Of a stretch of DNA of 64,000 bases, positions 47,713 through 55,680 are shown piece after piece. Source of the DNA: a virus. The stretch is taken from positions 2,038-66,037 of IMG/VR virus record IMGVR_UViG_3300028809_000011; one strand, 5' to 3'. The translations under genes and the position numbers were made by a program. Each line of letters opens with the position of its first letter. Within the stretch, counting starts at the first letter, position 1. The notes under the pieces are model-generated. The model was given only the letters and a program-made list of their open reading frames with translations. It searched no databases and had not been told where the DNA came from.

Positions 47713-47991
47713 TCAACGTCGAGCCGCATAATCGATCGGCTTCAACTCGAAACCGATCTCACGCAGGGCAGTGATGGTCTCGGCCAGGCAGCCCGGCCCG
47801 AACCCTCGCAGGTCGGTCAGGTCATTAGGCTCGTTCAGGATCAGGTCCGCGACGGTCTGGATGCCGTACTTGCGGAACACGTTGAGTGCCCGGTTGCCGA
47901 TCGAGATCTCGCTGATCATGATGTTGGCCGGGTTGCGCCCTAGAGGAAACAAAGCAGCCTCCATGACTGCGGACTGTTCTGGTGTTGTCAC
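47713..47991 (-). CDS. RNA polymerase alpha-subunit C-terminal-domain-like protein
   Basis: NVFRKYGIQTVADLILNEPNDLTDLRGFG resembles the RpoA C-terminal domain. Confidence 0.5.
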   Translation of the reverse strand: MTTPEQSAVMEAALFPLGRNPANIMISEISIGNRALNVFRKYGIQTVADLILNEPNDLTDLRGFGPGCLAETITALREIGFELKPIDYAARR

Positions 47992-47992
47992 G

Positions 47993-48065
47993 CTCTCCCA
48001 CCTGGGCTCGAACCAGGGACCTGCGCATTAACAGTGCGCCGCTACTACCGCTGAGCTATAGGAGA
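47993..48065 (-). tRNA. tRNA-Asn(GTT)
   Basis: acceptor TCTCCTA/TGGGAGA; loop CTGTTAA; T-arm CCTGG-TTCGAGC-CCAGG. Confidence 0.7.
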
Positions 48066-48196
48066 AAGATGCAGGGCGCTGATCTCACAGTCGTTTAAGT
48101 GCCGCTGTTCCGGGCGACACCCCTGCTGGCACGTCAGGCCCCCGGCGTACCCCGGTGAGACTTCCCCGTGGAGGCGGGGACCGGCCTGTCGTGATA

Positions 48197-49159
48197 CTAC
48201 TTCATGATGAGGGAGCCGTCAGCCCCCACCACGATCGTGCACTCCTTGGCGACCTTGCACGCCTCCACCAGCGCGTTGGCCCTGGTGATCTCAATCTGGA
48301 GCTGTACCCATGCCGGGGTCGCGTACAGCCGGGCCAGCTCGGCAGCCGCGTTGGCCTTGCCCTTGGCCTCAGCCTCCAGCTTGGCCGCCTCGCCCTGAGC
48401 CTGGGCCAGGACCGCAGCGGCCTGCTCCACGGCCTTCTGCTTGGCGTTGCGGGCCTCCTGGATGCCAGGGTCGGCGTAGTCGATGTCCAGGATCGCGAAC
48501 TCGACGGCGGGGCAGTCGGCCTTGGCCCGGCTGAAGCTCGGACCGCAGAAGTAGTTTCCTCCCGCGAGCCGGTTCAGTTCGGATGCGAACGACGTGGCGA
48601 TGGCCTGCTGAGCCTGCGTCTGCACCGCGTCCACGTTGCCGACCAGGTGGTCAGCCTCATAGGTGCGGATGACGTCCCTGGTGACCTTCTGGAGGGCCGG
48701 GACGAGCAGGTCGTTGAGCATCCGGGTCCAGCCGTCAGGTGTGTCCGCGCCGTAGCGGCGGCCGACCTTCTCCCAGAACTCCTTGACCACGCCGCCGTCG
48801 TCATCACAGAAGGTGTTCAGGTAGAACTTGGTCTGGCTCCAGACCTTCACCGGCACACCGGAGGGCTGGTCCTTCTGCGGCTTCGTGGAGACCTGGATCG
48901 CGTCCTTGCTGTCCGAGCCGTCCACGTTGTTGATCGTCCACGTCCGCAGGGAGGTGGGGAGGTAGATGATCTGGTTGTTCCACTCGTAGTCGTCGGTCTG
49001 GCCGGGCTTGGTGCAGTGCCCGAACTGGTTGCCGTCCGAGCTGCCCTGCATGTAGTACAGGCCGACCTGGTCCGGGTCAGTGGTGCTGGTGCATCCGGTC
49101 AGGGCCACCAGGCCGACACAGGCTGCAAGGGCAACCTGGGCTGTGCGCGAGCGGTTCAC
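48197..49159 (-). CDS. SPFH/band-7-like lipoprotein
   Basis: lipobox LTGC signal peptide; prohibitin-like central region; Ala/Glu/Lys-rich C-terminus. Confidence 0.6.
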   Translation of the reverse strand: MNRSRTAQVALAACVGLVALTGCTSTTDPDQVGLYYMQGSSDGNQFGHCTKPGQTDDYEWNNQIIYLPTSLRTWTINNVDGSDSKDAIQVSTKPQKDQPSGVPVKVWSQTKFYLNTFCDDDGGVVKEFWEKVGRRYGADTPDGWTRMLNDLLVPALQKVTRDVIRTYEADHLVGNVDAVQTQAQQAIATSFASELNRLAGGNYFCGPSFSRAKADCPAVEFAILDIDYADPGIQEARNAKQKAVEQAAAVLAQAQGEAAKLEAEAKGKANAAAELARLYATPAWVQLQIEITRANALVEACKVAKECTIVVGADGSLIMK

Positions 49160-49361
49160 GTGTCTCCTTCTTCTTCTTCCGTCCCAGGAACATGACCAGG
49201 AGCAGCTTGAGGGCCACTCCGAAGCCGACGAGGAGCCCGATCGTGATCAGGCCCATCACGGCGTAGATGATCGCTTTACCCATCGAACCTCTTCGGGTAG
49301 ATCTGCTACTGGAGATAACCCTAGCAGTGCCGCGCTACATGCGCAACTCGAAGATGGAGAA

Positions 49362-50462
49362 CTACTTGAAGATCAGGACGCGGGAGCCGATGGGCAGGTG
49401 CCGGTTCACCGACGTCGACTGGATGAACACGTCGTAGTCCCCACCCTTGACCGGCTGCGGGCGCACGCGGGTGCTGGTGGACCCGAGGCCCAGCAGCTTC
49501 TTGCACTGCTCGCCCTTGTAGACCTGCTTGGTCTGCCGGTGGATCAGGACGACCTCCTTGTGCGGGTCGAACTTCTCCGACTTGACCAGCTCGTAGAAGG
49601 TGGACCCGGCGACGTAGCGGCGGCCCGTCTCCTCGATGAACGGCATGATCTCGACGTGCTTGATGCCGTTCGGGTTCTTCTTCGTGATCGACTTGTTCGG
49701 GATCACCACCGGCAGTGTGGATGTGGACGCCAGGGCCACCGGCACGATCATGAAGTTCGCCGGGTCGACGGGAGCCAGGCCCGACGAGGCCACCTGGGCA
49801 GCGCTGACGTTCTGGGCGAACAAGGTGTTGGTTCCCCGGACACCGGCGGCACGGCCCGTGAAGTAGGACGACGTCGCGGCCTTGATCTCCTCACCGACCT
49901 CAGCGACACCGGCCGCGCTCGTATTCCACACGGCGATGTTGCCAGGCTCGAACCCGAAGCCCTGCACCCTGATCTTGGACTGGAAGTTCGGGACCAGCAC
50001 GCCGACGGTCCACTCTGCTCCCAGGGTGGCAAGCAGGATGCGCATCAGGTTCGGATTGGTCGCCGGGGTAGCCCGGTGCGAAGTGTTCTCCTCGCCATCG
50101 GTCAACGCGAACACCAGGAAGGCGTGGTCGCCGTACATGGTCGCGGTCTTCCTCAGGTCCCCGATGGCCTGGGTGATGCCCGACAGCAGCGGTGTTCCGC
50201 CGCTGGGCCGGTAGTGGCCTCGCAGGCTGGGCAGGCGCAGGACGTCGGTGTCGAAGGCCACGCAGGTGACCGTGGTCTCGTGGAAGATGTAGATCGACAC
50301 GCGGGTCTCGTCGCCGGTGTCCTTGGAGAGCTGCGCCAGCCATGCCACCTGGCCGTCAAGGACGTCCATGATCGGCCCGGTGAGCCCGTAGTCCCTGATG
50401 GAGCTGGACCCGTCCACGACCAGGGCGACGTGGTTGATCCTCTTCTTTTCCAGCAGCGTCAT
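49362..50462 (-). CDS. vWA domain protein
   Basis: vWA metal-binding motif VALVVDGSSS...TDGEENTS; internal start MTLLEKK. Confidence 0.65.
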   Translation of the reverse strand: MTLLEKKRINHVALVVDGSSSIRDYGLTGPIMDVLDGQVAWLAQLSKDTGDETRVSIYIFHETTVTCVAFDTDVLRLPSLRGHYRPSGGTPLLSGITQAIGDLRKTATMYGDHAFLVFALTDGEENTSHRATPATNPNLMRILLATLGAEWTVGVLVPNFQSKIRVQGFGFEPGNIAVWNTSAAGVAEVGEEIKAATSSYFTGRAAGVRGTNTLFAQNVSAAQVASSGLAPVDPANFMIVPVALASTSTLPVVIPNKSITKKNPNGIKHVEIMPFIEETGRRYVAGSTFYELVKSEKFDPHKEVVLIHRQTKQVYKGEQCKKLLGLGSTSTRVRPQPVKGGDYDVFIQSTSVNRHLPIGSRVLIFK

Positions 50463-50498
50463 GTTTCGTACCTTCCCATGCACGTATGACACGTTCCG

Positions 50499-50572
50499 AG
50501 CCTCGTGCAGGAATCGAACCCGCAACCGTCCGCTTACAAGGCGGATGCTCTACCAGATTGAGCTAACGAGGC
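50499..50572 (-). tRNA. tRNA-Thr(TGT)
   Basis: acceptor GCCTCGT/ACGAGGC; loop CTTGTAA; T-arm GCGGG-TTCGATT-CCTGC. Confidence 0.7.
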
Positions 50573-50623
50573 GATCAGGCCGGGTTCCAGCCGGGCTGGG
50601 TCTGGAGCTGAAGGCTCCGGGAG

Positions 50624-50695
50624 TGTCCCCACCGGGAATCGAACCCGGATCACCGCCTTAGGAGTGCGGTGCTCTGTCCCTTGAGCTATGAAGAC
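50624..50695 (-). tRNA. tRNA-Arg(CCT)
   Basis: acceptor GTCTTCA/TGGGGAC; loop CTCCTAA. Confidence 0.65.
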
Positions 50696-50850
50696 GTGCA
50701 CTCTGCGTAGCAGGTGCGGTTGTGCTCGGCACAGTAACCGCCGTACACCCAGCCTCTCCAGCAGTTTCGGTAGCCGAACCGGTGGTGCTTGTGGTTGCAC
50801 CTACCCATGATCTTGTACCTGAAGTACCACCACTTCTGTCCAATTGTCAC
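50696..50850 (-). CDS. possible micro-ORF encoding a Cys/His/aromatic-rich cationic peptide (40-54 aa)
   Basis: read by hand on minus strand: (VTIGQKWWYFRYKI)MGRCNHKHHRFGYRNCWRGWVYGGYCAEHNRTCYAECTSS; fills a 155-nt spacer between two tRNAs. Confidence 0.25.
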
Positions 50851-50851
50851 G

Positions 50852-50924
50852 TGTCCCCCCTCGGGCTCGAACCGAGGACCACCGACTTAAAAGGACGGCG
50901 CTCTACCATCTGAGCTAGGGGGAC
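50852..50924 (-). tRNA. tRNA-Lys(TTT)
   Basis: acceptor GTCCCCC/GGGGGAC; loop CTTTTAA; T-arm CTCGG-TTCGAGC-CCGAG. Confidence 0.65.
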
Positions 50925-50930
50925 GTTGCG

Positions 50931-51002
50931 TGTCTACACCAGGGGTCGAACCTGGGCGCACCGGGTTTCAGCCGGTAGCTCTACCTACTGAGCTATGCAG
51001 AC
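50931..51002 (-). tRNA. tRNA-Phe(GAA)
   Basis: acceptor GTCTGCA/TGTAGAC; loop CTGAAAC; canonical D-arm. Confidence 0.7.
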
Positions 51003-51071
51003 GGGGTGGGCTTTTCTGCCGATTTGAACGGCCAGGTGCCCACTTGAACCTGTCGGTCTGCGCATGACCCC

Positions 51072-51144
51072 GTCCTCACCCCAGGAGTCGAACCTGGTGC
51101 CCCTGAGTTATCAGCTCAGTGCTCTGACCGGTGAGCTAGGCGAG
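51072..51144 (-). tRNA. tRNA-Ile(GAT)
   Basis: acceptor CCTCGCC/GGTGAGG; loop CTGATAA. Confidence 0.65.
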
Positions 51145-51280
51145 GTTGGTGCGGGCGGTGCATTCGGTGTCGTGGAGCACTCGTTTGGTCCACCTGGTAA
51201 GCCAGCCAGGAGGCCCGCGACCCCTAGTGGTACCCCAGGGGTAGACCGGCACGGACACCAACCCGTGAACGCCGGTGGAG

Positions 51281-51353
51281 TAGGCCCTGAGGGATTCGAA
51301 CCCCCAACCACCGGTATGTGACACCGGTGCTCTACCAGTTGAGCTAAAGGCCC
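51281..51353 (-). tRNA. tRNA, anticodon probably CAC (Val)
   Basis: canonical D- and T-arms; anticodon stem ACCGGT / loop GTCACAT is atypical. Confidence 0.5.
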
Positions 51354-51445
51354 TGGTGCATGACACTCCCACCCGTGGCTGACGGGCTTCCCGATTAAGC
51401 TCGGGCCAGGCTGCGAAGCCATCGTGCCTCCATTCGTGCCATGCG

Positions 51446-51517
51446 TGGACAGGGAAGGTGTCGAACCTTCTGCCTCCCGCGTGTCGGGCGGGCGCTCTAC
51501 CGATGAGCTACATGTCC
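51446..51517 (-). tRNA. tRNA-Val(GAC)
   Basis: loop CCGACAC (C33); acceptor has one mismatch. Confidence 0.55.
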
Positions 51518-51531
51518 TTTTACATGAACCG

Positions 51532-51604
51532 TGGACCCGGAGGGACTTGAACCCCCATCCTCCACCATGCCGAGGTGGCGCTCTACCGTTAGAGCTACAG
51601 GCCC
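51532..51604 (-). tRNA. tRNA-Ala(GGC)
   Basis: loop TCGGCAT; T-arm GGGGG-TTCAAGT-CCCTC. Confidence 0.55.
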
Positions 51605-51741
51605 TCGACCGCCCCCAGCCATATGAACTGAACGCGGTCTAGTCAGGTTCCGGGCTCGCCCACCTGACAGGGGACATTGCGGGCTCACTATCTCTTTGTT
51701 GCCCGCGTTGACAGTCCAGGGATAGCTGTGGACTGCGCCTC

Positions 51742-51820
51742 GTGGGACGGGTGTGGATCGAACACACCATGCCGGAGCGAGGTGGTTACAGCACCCCTGG
51801 AACACCAGTTCCTTCCGTCC
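51742..51820 (-). tRNA. tRNA-Tyr(GTA), class II
   Basis: acceptor GGGACGG/CCGTCCC perfect; loop CTGTAAC; long variable arm. Confidence 0.65.
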
Positions 51821-51891
51821 CATACCTGGCCAGTTCCCGCTGACCAGGGCCTTGCATCCTTCTGCACCAACCAATCGTCGCAATGATCGCG

Positions 51892-51974
51892 AGGAAGATG
51901 AAGGATTCGAACCTCCGAGGCTTTCGCCCCCCGGTTTAGCAAACCGGTCCTATCGACCACTCAGGCAATCTTCC
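51892..51974 (-). tRNA. tRNA-Ser(GCT), class II
   Basis: acceptor GGAAGAT/ATCTTCC; loop TTGCTAA; GAAA-capped variable arm. Confidence 0.7.
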
Positions 51975-51975
51975 G

Positions 51976-52062
51976 AGGAGGGTAGAGGAATCGAACCCCT
52001 AGGGACTCTCGCCCGCTAGCACAGTTTTCAAGACTGCTTGCCCACCTTGGGCGCTACCCTCC
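51976..52062 (-). tRNA. tRNA-Ser(TGA), class II
   Basis: acceptor GGAGGGT/ACCCTCC; loop CTTGAAA; long variable arm. Confidence 0.7.
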
Positions 52063-52068
52063 GTACGC

Positions 52069-52410
52069 TCAGACCTGCTCGTAGCCTCCGTCTACCATCA
52101 CCGAGGCCGCGATGGGGTAGTGCTCTCCCCTGGCCCCACGGGCGATGTAGTCGCCGATGTTGAGGGGAATCCACGCCTTGTGCAGGTAGTCGTAGACCTC
52201 GCCGTCGTGCGGACGGTCAGGGGTGAGGGCGATGAGATCGATGCCCTCGGAGTCGGTGATGATCTCACCGTTCCACTGGGCAATGTCGGTCAGGGCCGTC
52301 TTGCGGTACTTGTTGAACTCCATGATCTTCCTCCCCTTGATCGCGTAGTTCTCGTAGGTGTCTACGGGGGAACGATCCCCGTTCTCCAGATCCACGTTCT
52401 GGCGCATCAC
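52069..52410 (-). CDS. hypothetical protein embedded in the tRNA array
   Basis: 113-aa ORF with Lys/Tyr/Asn-rich composition unlike surrounding genes. Confidence 0.45.
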   Translation of the reverse strand: MMRQNVDLENGDRSPVDTYENYAIKGRKIMEFNKYRKTALTDIAQWNGEIITDSEGIDLIALTPDRPHDGEVYDYLHKAWIPLNIGDYIARGARGEHYPIAASVMVDGGYEQV

Positions 52411-52429
52411 CTTAATGCTTTAGACACAG

Positions 52430-52501
52430 CTCCCAGGTGAGGATTCGAACCTCAATTACGGTGTCCAGAGCACCGCGTCCTACCAGTTAGACGACCTCGG
52501 A
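52430..52501 (-). tRNA. tRNA-Gln(CTG)
   Basis: U1-A72; loop CTCTGGA; one G-G acceptor mismatch. Confidence 0.6.
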
Positions 52502-52553
52502 ATGGAGGGACAGGGGGCCGGGTTGCTCGCCCGAGAGCTTCCCCCTGTCACCG

Positions 52554-52625
52554 CGACCCAGACGGGATTCGAACCCGCATTCCCCACCTTGACAAAGTGG
52601 TGCTCTACCGTTGAGCTACCAGGCC
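52554..52625 (-). tRNA. tRNA-Asp(GTC)
   Basis: loop TTGTCAA; canonical D-arm; wobble-rich acceptor. Confidence 0.6.
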
Positions 52626-52691
52626 ATTCGGCAGACGTGGACCATGGGGCCTGCCAGCCCATGACGCCCCATCCCAGCGGATAAGTGCCCG

Positions 52692-52765
52692 TGTCTCGAA
52701 CAGGATTCGAACCTGCAACAGCCAGCACCTCAAGCTGACGCCTCTGCCATTTGGGCCACCGAGAC
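52692..52765 (-). tRNA. tRNA with Leu anticodon GAG on a short-variable-arm scaffold
   Basis: acceptor GTCTCGG/TCGAGAC; A73; Leu-like D region GCCCAAATGGCAGAGGCG; 5-nt variable region. Confidence 0.5.
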
Positions 52766-52774
52766 CTGCGAAAG

Positions 52775-52880
52775 CGGTGGTGGGATTCGAACCCTGCCGA
52801 CGTCGACATACCGGCCGGACACCGGATTCGGGCATTTACCCTGTATGCAGGTTCATTAGCCCTAGGCCAGCGTGAGTCGC
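52775..52880 (-). pseudogene. degenerate tRNA-like element
   Basis: GGTTCGAATCC T-loop present on minus strand but no consistent acceptor or anticodon arm. Confidence 0.3.
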
Positions 52881-52903
52881 CAAACTCCTGTACACCGCTT
52901 CCG

Positions 52904-52977
52904 TACTCCGCGAGGGATTCGAACCCCCAACCTTCGCCATCTGAGGGCGACGCCTCTGCCAATTGGGCTACCGGAGC
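52904..52977 (-). tRNA. tRNA with Leu anticodon CAG on a short-variable-arm scaffold
   Basis: loop CTCAGAT; A73; D region GCCCAATTGGCAGAGGCG; acceptor has G1-U72 and a G7-G66 mismatch. Confidence 0.45.
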
Positions 52978-53062
52978 ATTGCATGGTGTCCCCACGGGGG
53001 TAAGGACTTCGCGGCCGTAGACCGCAGTAGGCTGCCATGCCAGCCGTGACCTGGGGAGGTCG

Positions 53063-53134
53063 TGATTCCGCTTGGGTTCGAACCAAGGACCGGTCGATTA
53101 AGAGTCGACAGCTCTACCGCTGAGCTACGGAACC
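53063..53134 (-). tRNA. tRNA-Lys(CTT)
   Basis: acceptor GGTTCCG/CGGAATC; loop CTCTTAA; T-arm CTTGG-TTCGAAC-CCAAG. Confidence 0.7.
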
Positions 53135-53159
53135 GGGCGGCCCTGGAGGGCCGGTGGTG

Positions 53160-53531
53160 CTAGGCGACTTCGTCGAAGCCGTCGTTGATCCGGTCGGCGT
53201 CGTAGAACATGAGGACCATCTTGGCCTCGTCCTCGCCGTGGTCCTTGACGCCCTTGCGCAGGACCGCGTAGCCACCGATGTCACAGGACCACTGGGCGTA
53301 GATCTCGTCGCCGAGGATGGTCAGGCGCTTGCGCAGGCCGCTGTACTCGGCCTTGTCCGCGTCGGACCACTCGGCCATCTCTTCCAGTCGCTGGGCGTGG
53401 CTCTTGTCGCTCTCGACCTGGATCTTCCAGGTGTAGCCGTTGTCGGTCAGCCACTGGGTGACCTCATCCTCACCGCCGGTCCACTCGCCGACGACCTTGA
53501 TCTCCTGCTTCTTGCTGACGTACGTCTTCAC
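53160..53531 (-). CDS. hypothetical protein
   Basis: GTG start with GAAGGAG RBS 6 nt upstream; 123 aa. Confidence 0.45.
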   Translation of the reverse strand: MKTYVSKKQEIKVVGEWTGGEDEVTQWLTDNGYTWKIQVESDKSHAQRLEEMAEWSDADKAEYSGLRKRLTILGDEIYAQWSCDIGGYAVLRKGVKDHGEDEAKMVLMFYDADRINDGFDEVA

Positions 53532-53946
53532 CGAGTTCTCCTTCTTCGTCTTCCCGGACGTTTGGCGGCCCGATGGGAGTCCTACCTCCCTGCTCGCGGC
53601 ACCTGTGGGGATGGAATCCACGGGTTCGCTCGCTTTAACAGACCTCGACTGCTCGGGCCAAGACAGCCGGGCGCGCAACCAGCTCCCCAGCATTAGGACT
53701 GGCGCGCTGCAATGCTTTCGGGGCAGGGACCGCAGAGACGGCTACTTCCTCGAATGCCTCATGCGTACATCGAGGCGATCAAGACCGTTCTTCGGCCGGA
53801 GACAGGACACCACAGGGTCGTGTGTTGAACCGTGAACGTTCCCTGCCCGAGTTCAGTTGTCAACAAACGGTGCTGCTTGAGGGCAAGACGGCGTGCGTCC
53901 CACAGCCACCGAGGAGTTGCCTCTTCGATTGCCGCCTTGCCTTTGC

Positions 53947-54014
53947 GCAGATTGAAGGACTCGAACCTTCCCCTGGGTCTTGGTAGACCCCGTGCCGCCC
54001 TACACCTATCCGCT
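53947..54014 (-). pseudogene. short tRNA-like element (CCA-type anticodon loop, reduced D region)
   Basis: T-arm GAAGG-TTCGAGT-CCTTC and 6/7 acceptor pairing but only about 68 nt. Confidence 0.3.
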
Positions 54015-54134
54015 ACCGTCGGGAGCTACCCTCCGGCCAGCCTCGGGATGATCAGTCCCTCGGTCTTCGTTCCCCGGCTTCGCTTCGCCAATCCCTAAGT
54101 CGGGCAGAGGCACTTGGCCTATCCGGTTCCTGCG

Positions 54135-54206
54135 TGGCGGGCAAGGGATTCGAACCCTTACCACCTGGGTTATGAGCCCAGTGCTCTGCCCTTAAGCTAG
54201 CCCGCG
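54135..54206 (-). tRNA. tRNA-Met(CAT), initiator-like
   Basis: C1 unpaired with 72; three G-C pairs at 29-31:39-41; loop CTCATAA. Confidence 0.6.
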
Positions 54207-54222
54207 CCGTTGTTGCTTTGCG

Positions 54223-54294
54223 TCGGGTGATCGAGAATCGAACTCGACACTGCCTGGTCCCAAACCAGGAGTCCCACCTTGAGACATCCACCCG
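54223..54294 (-). tRNA. tRNA-Pro(TGG)
   Basis: C1-G72; loop TTTGGGA; T-arm TCGAG-TTCGATT-CTCGA. Confidence 0.6.
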
Positions 54295-54397
54295 AGTGTC
54301 AGGCCAGGTGGCTCGTGAGCGCCACCCCTCAGACCGCTTTCCGTGCTCCCCGGCCTGACAAGAAGAACCCTACCTCTTGGGGTACATGTCTGTCAAC

Positions 54398-54598
54398 TCA
54401 TTCCCCACCAGCAACATCACCGTGTAGCGCGACCAGGCGCATCACCTCAAGACGAGGGATGCGGATGCCGCCGGAGGGGGTTCGGATGACATTGACCCGG
54501 CCCTTGTTGATCCATCCGTACAGGGTCTTGGTGTTCAGGCGCAGCAGTTCTGCCACCTCACGGGCCTTGTAAAGCTCATGCTCCAGGTGGATCATCAC
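54398..54598 (-). CDS. HTH excisionase/MerR-like DNA-binding protein
   Basis: AELLRLNTKTLYGWINKGRV helix-turn-helix. Confidence 0.5.
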   Translation of the reverse strand: MMIHLEHELYKAREVAELLRLNTKTLYGWINKGRVNVIRTPSGGIRIPRLEVMRLVALHGDVAGGE

Positions 54599-55169
54599 GC
54601 CTCCCGTACCCTGCGTCTACGAGCAGACCGGACATCTGCCCCAAAGTGGTTACCACGTAGTACATGCTAGGGTCCTTCACCCCCTTTGGGGTGATAAGTA
54701 CGCATGAATGATATGTGCCAGCTTCTGCGGCGTGGGCCTGGGCGAGCTTGAGTTCCCGGCCGATCACGGTGGAGATCGAACTCCCCGACATGTCTTTCTT
54801 CCAGACCGGGATGTCCTTCTTCGAGTTCTTCGACGCCTGTGACACCAGGGCCAGGTAGTCGAACGCGTACATCAGCGCGTACCACTGCCCCGTCTTCGTC
54901 GTCCCCACCAGCCTCGGCTTGGCCACCACCAGACCGAAGTCGGCACCGGCGTTGTCCCGCTCCACCCTGGCCTCGGTCAGCCACTGGTTGAACGCGTACT
55001 CCTGGACAGCCTTCACCTCGATGACCACACCGGGGATGCCGGTGATATCTCCACGATCTTTACCGCCCTGGAGGGCCAGGCGCTCGGCATACCTAAACCC
55101 GTTCTCGTTCAGGTACTTGACCACGGCACTCTCGGCGGCCGTTCCTCGGGCCTTGGGCTTGTTAACCAC
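54576..55169 (-). CDS. PD-(D/E)XK nuclease, Hjc/resolvase-like
   Basis: ESAVVKYL...GGKDRGDITGIPGVVIEVK pattern. Confidence 0.5.
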   Translation of the reverse strand: MVNKPKARGTAAESAVVKYLNENGFRYAERLALQGGKDRGDITGIPGVVIEVKAVQEYAFNQWLTEARVERDNAGADFGLVVAKPRLVGTTKTGQWYALMYAFDYLALVSQASKNSKKDIPVWKKDMSGSSISTVIGRELKLAQAHAAEAGTYHSCVLITPKGVKDPSMYYVVTTLGQMSGLLVDAGYGRRDDPPGA

Positions 55170-55680
55170 GCTTCCTCCACACCGATCGGCAAAGTTGAGT
55201 CACGTACTGGGGGGTGATGCCGAACTCTTTGGCCAGTTCGGTACTAGATCCACCCGACTTGCGGGCAGGGTGGATGCCCTTGATGTGCCTCTCCCTGATC
55301 CGCTCCACCTCGTCTGGCGTTAGGCGGGCATTACGGTTCGCCATTCCCTCGACGCCTCGGCCCCTCCCCTTGGCGGCCATGTCCCTGGCGTTGTCCGCTG
55401 GTGTCCCGAGAAACAGGTGGTCAACGTTGACGCAGGGCGGGTTGTCGCAGGCGTGGCAGACAAAGAGGCCATCGGGGATAGGTCCCCGCTCCAGCTCCCA
55501 GGCAACTCGATGAGTCTCGCGTGTCTTGCCGGTTGAGATGCCGATACTTCCGTACCCACGGGTCCTGTGGGTAGACCCGGTGAATTCCCAGCACCCCGAT
55601 TCAGTGGTTCTTATACGCGAGAACAGCCGATCCCTCAGGCTGAGAGATCGGCTGCCCTTCTGCTTCGGCTTGTTGACCAT
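55162..55680 (-). CDS. HNH endonuclease with AP2-like domain
   Basis: CWEFTGS...GYG...HRVAWEL then CHACDNPPCVNVDHLFLGT. Confidence 0.7.
   Translation of the reverse strand: MVNKPKQKGSRSLSLRDRLFSRIRTTESGCWEFTGSTHRTRGYGSIGISTGKTRETHRVAWELERGPIPDGLFVCHACDNPPCVNVDHLFLGTPADNARDMAAKGRGRGVEGMANRNARLTPDEVERIRERHIKGIHPARKSGGSSTELAKEFGITPQYVTQLCRSVWRKRG

Noticed and set aside
51136-51372. ORFs overlapping the tRNA array (e.g. 51136..51372, 51497..51883, 50658..50843)
   Set aside because: They run through several well-folded tRNA genes and are frame artefacts.
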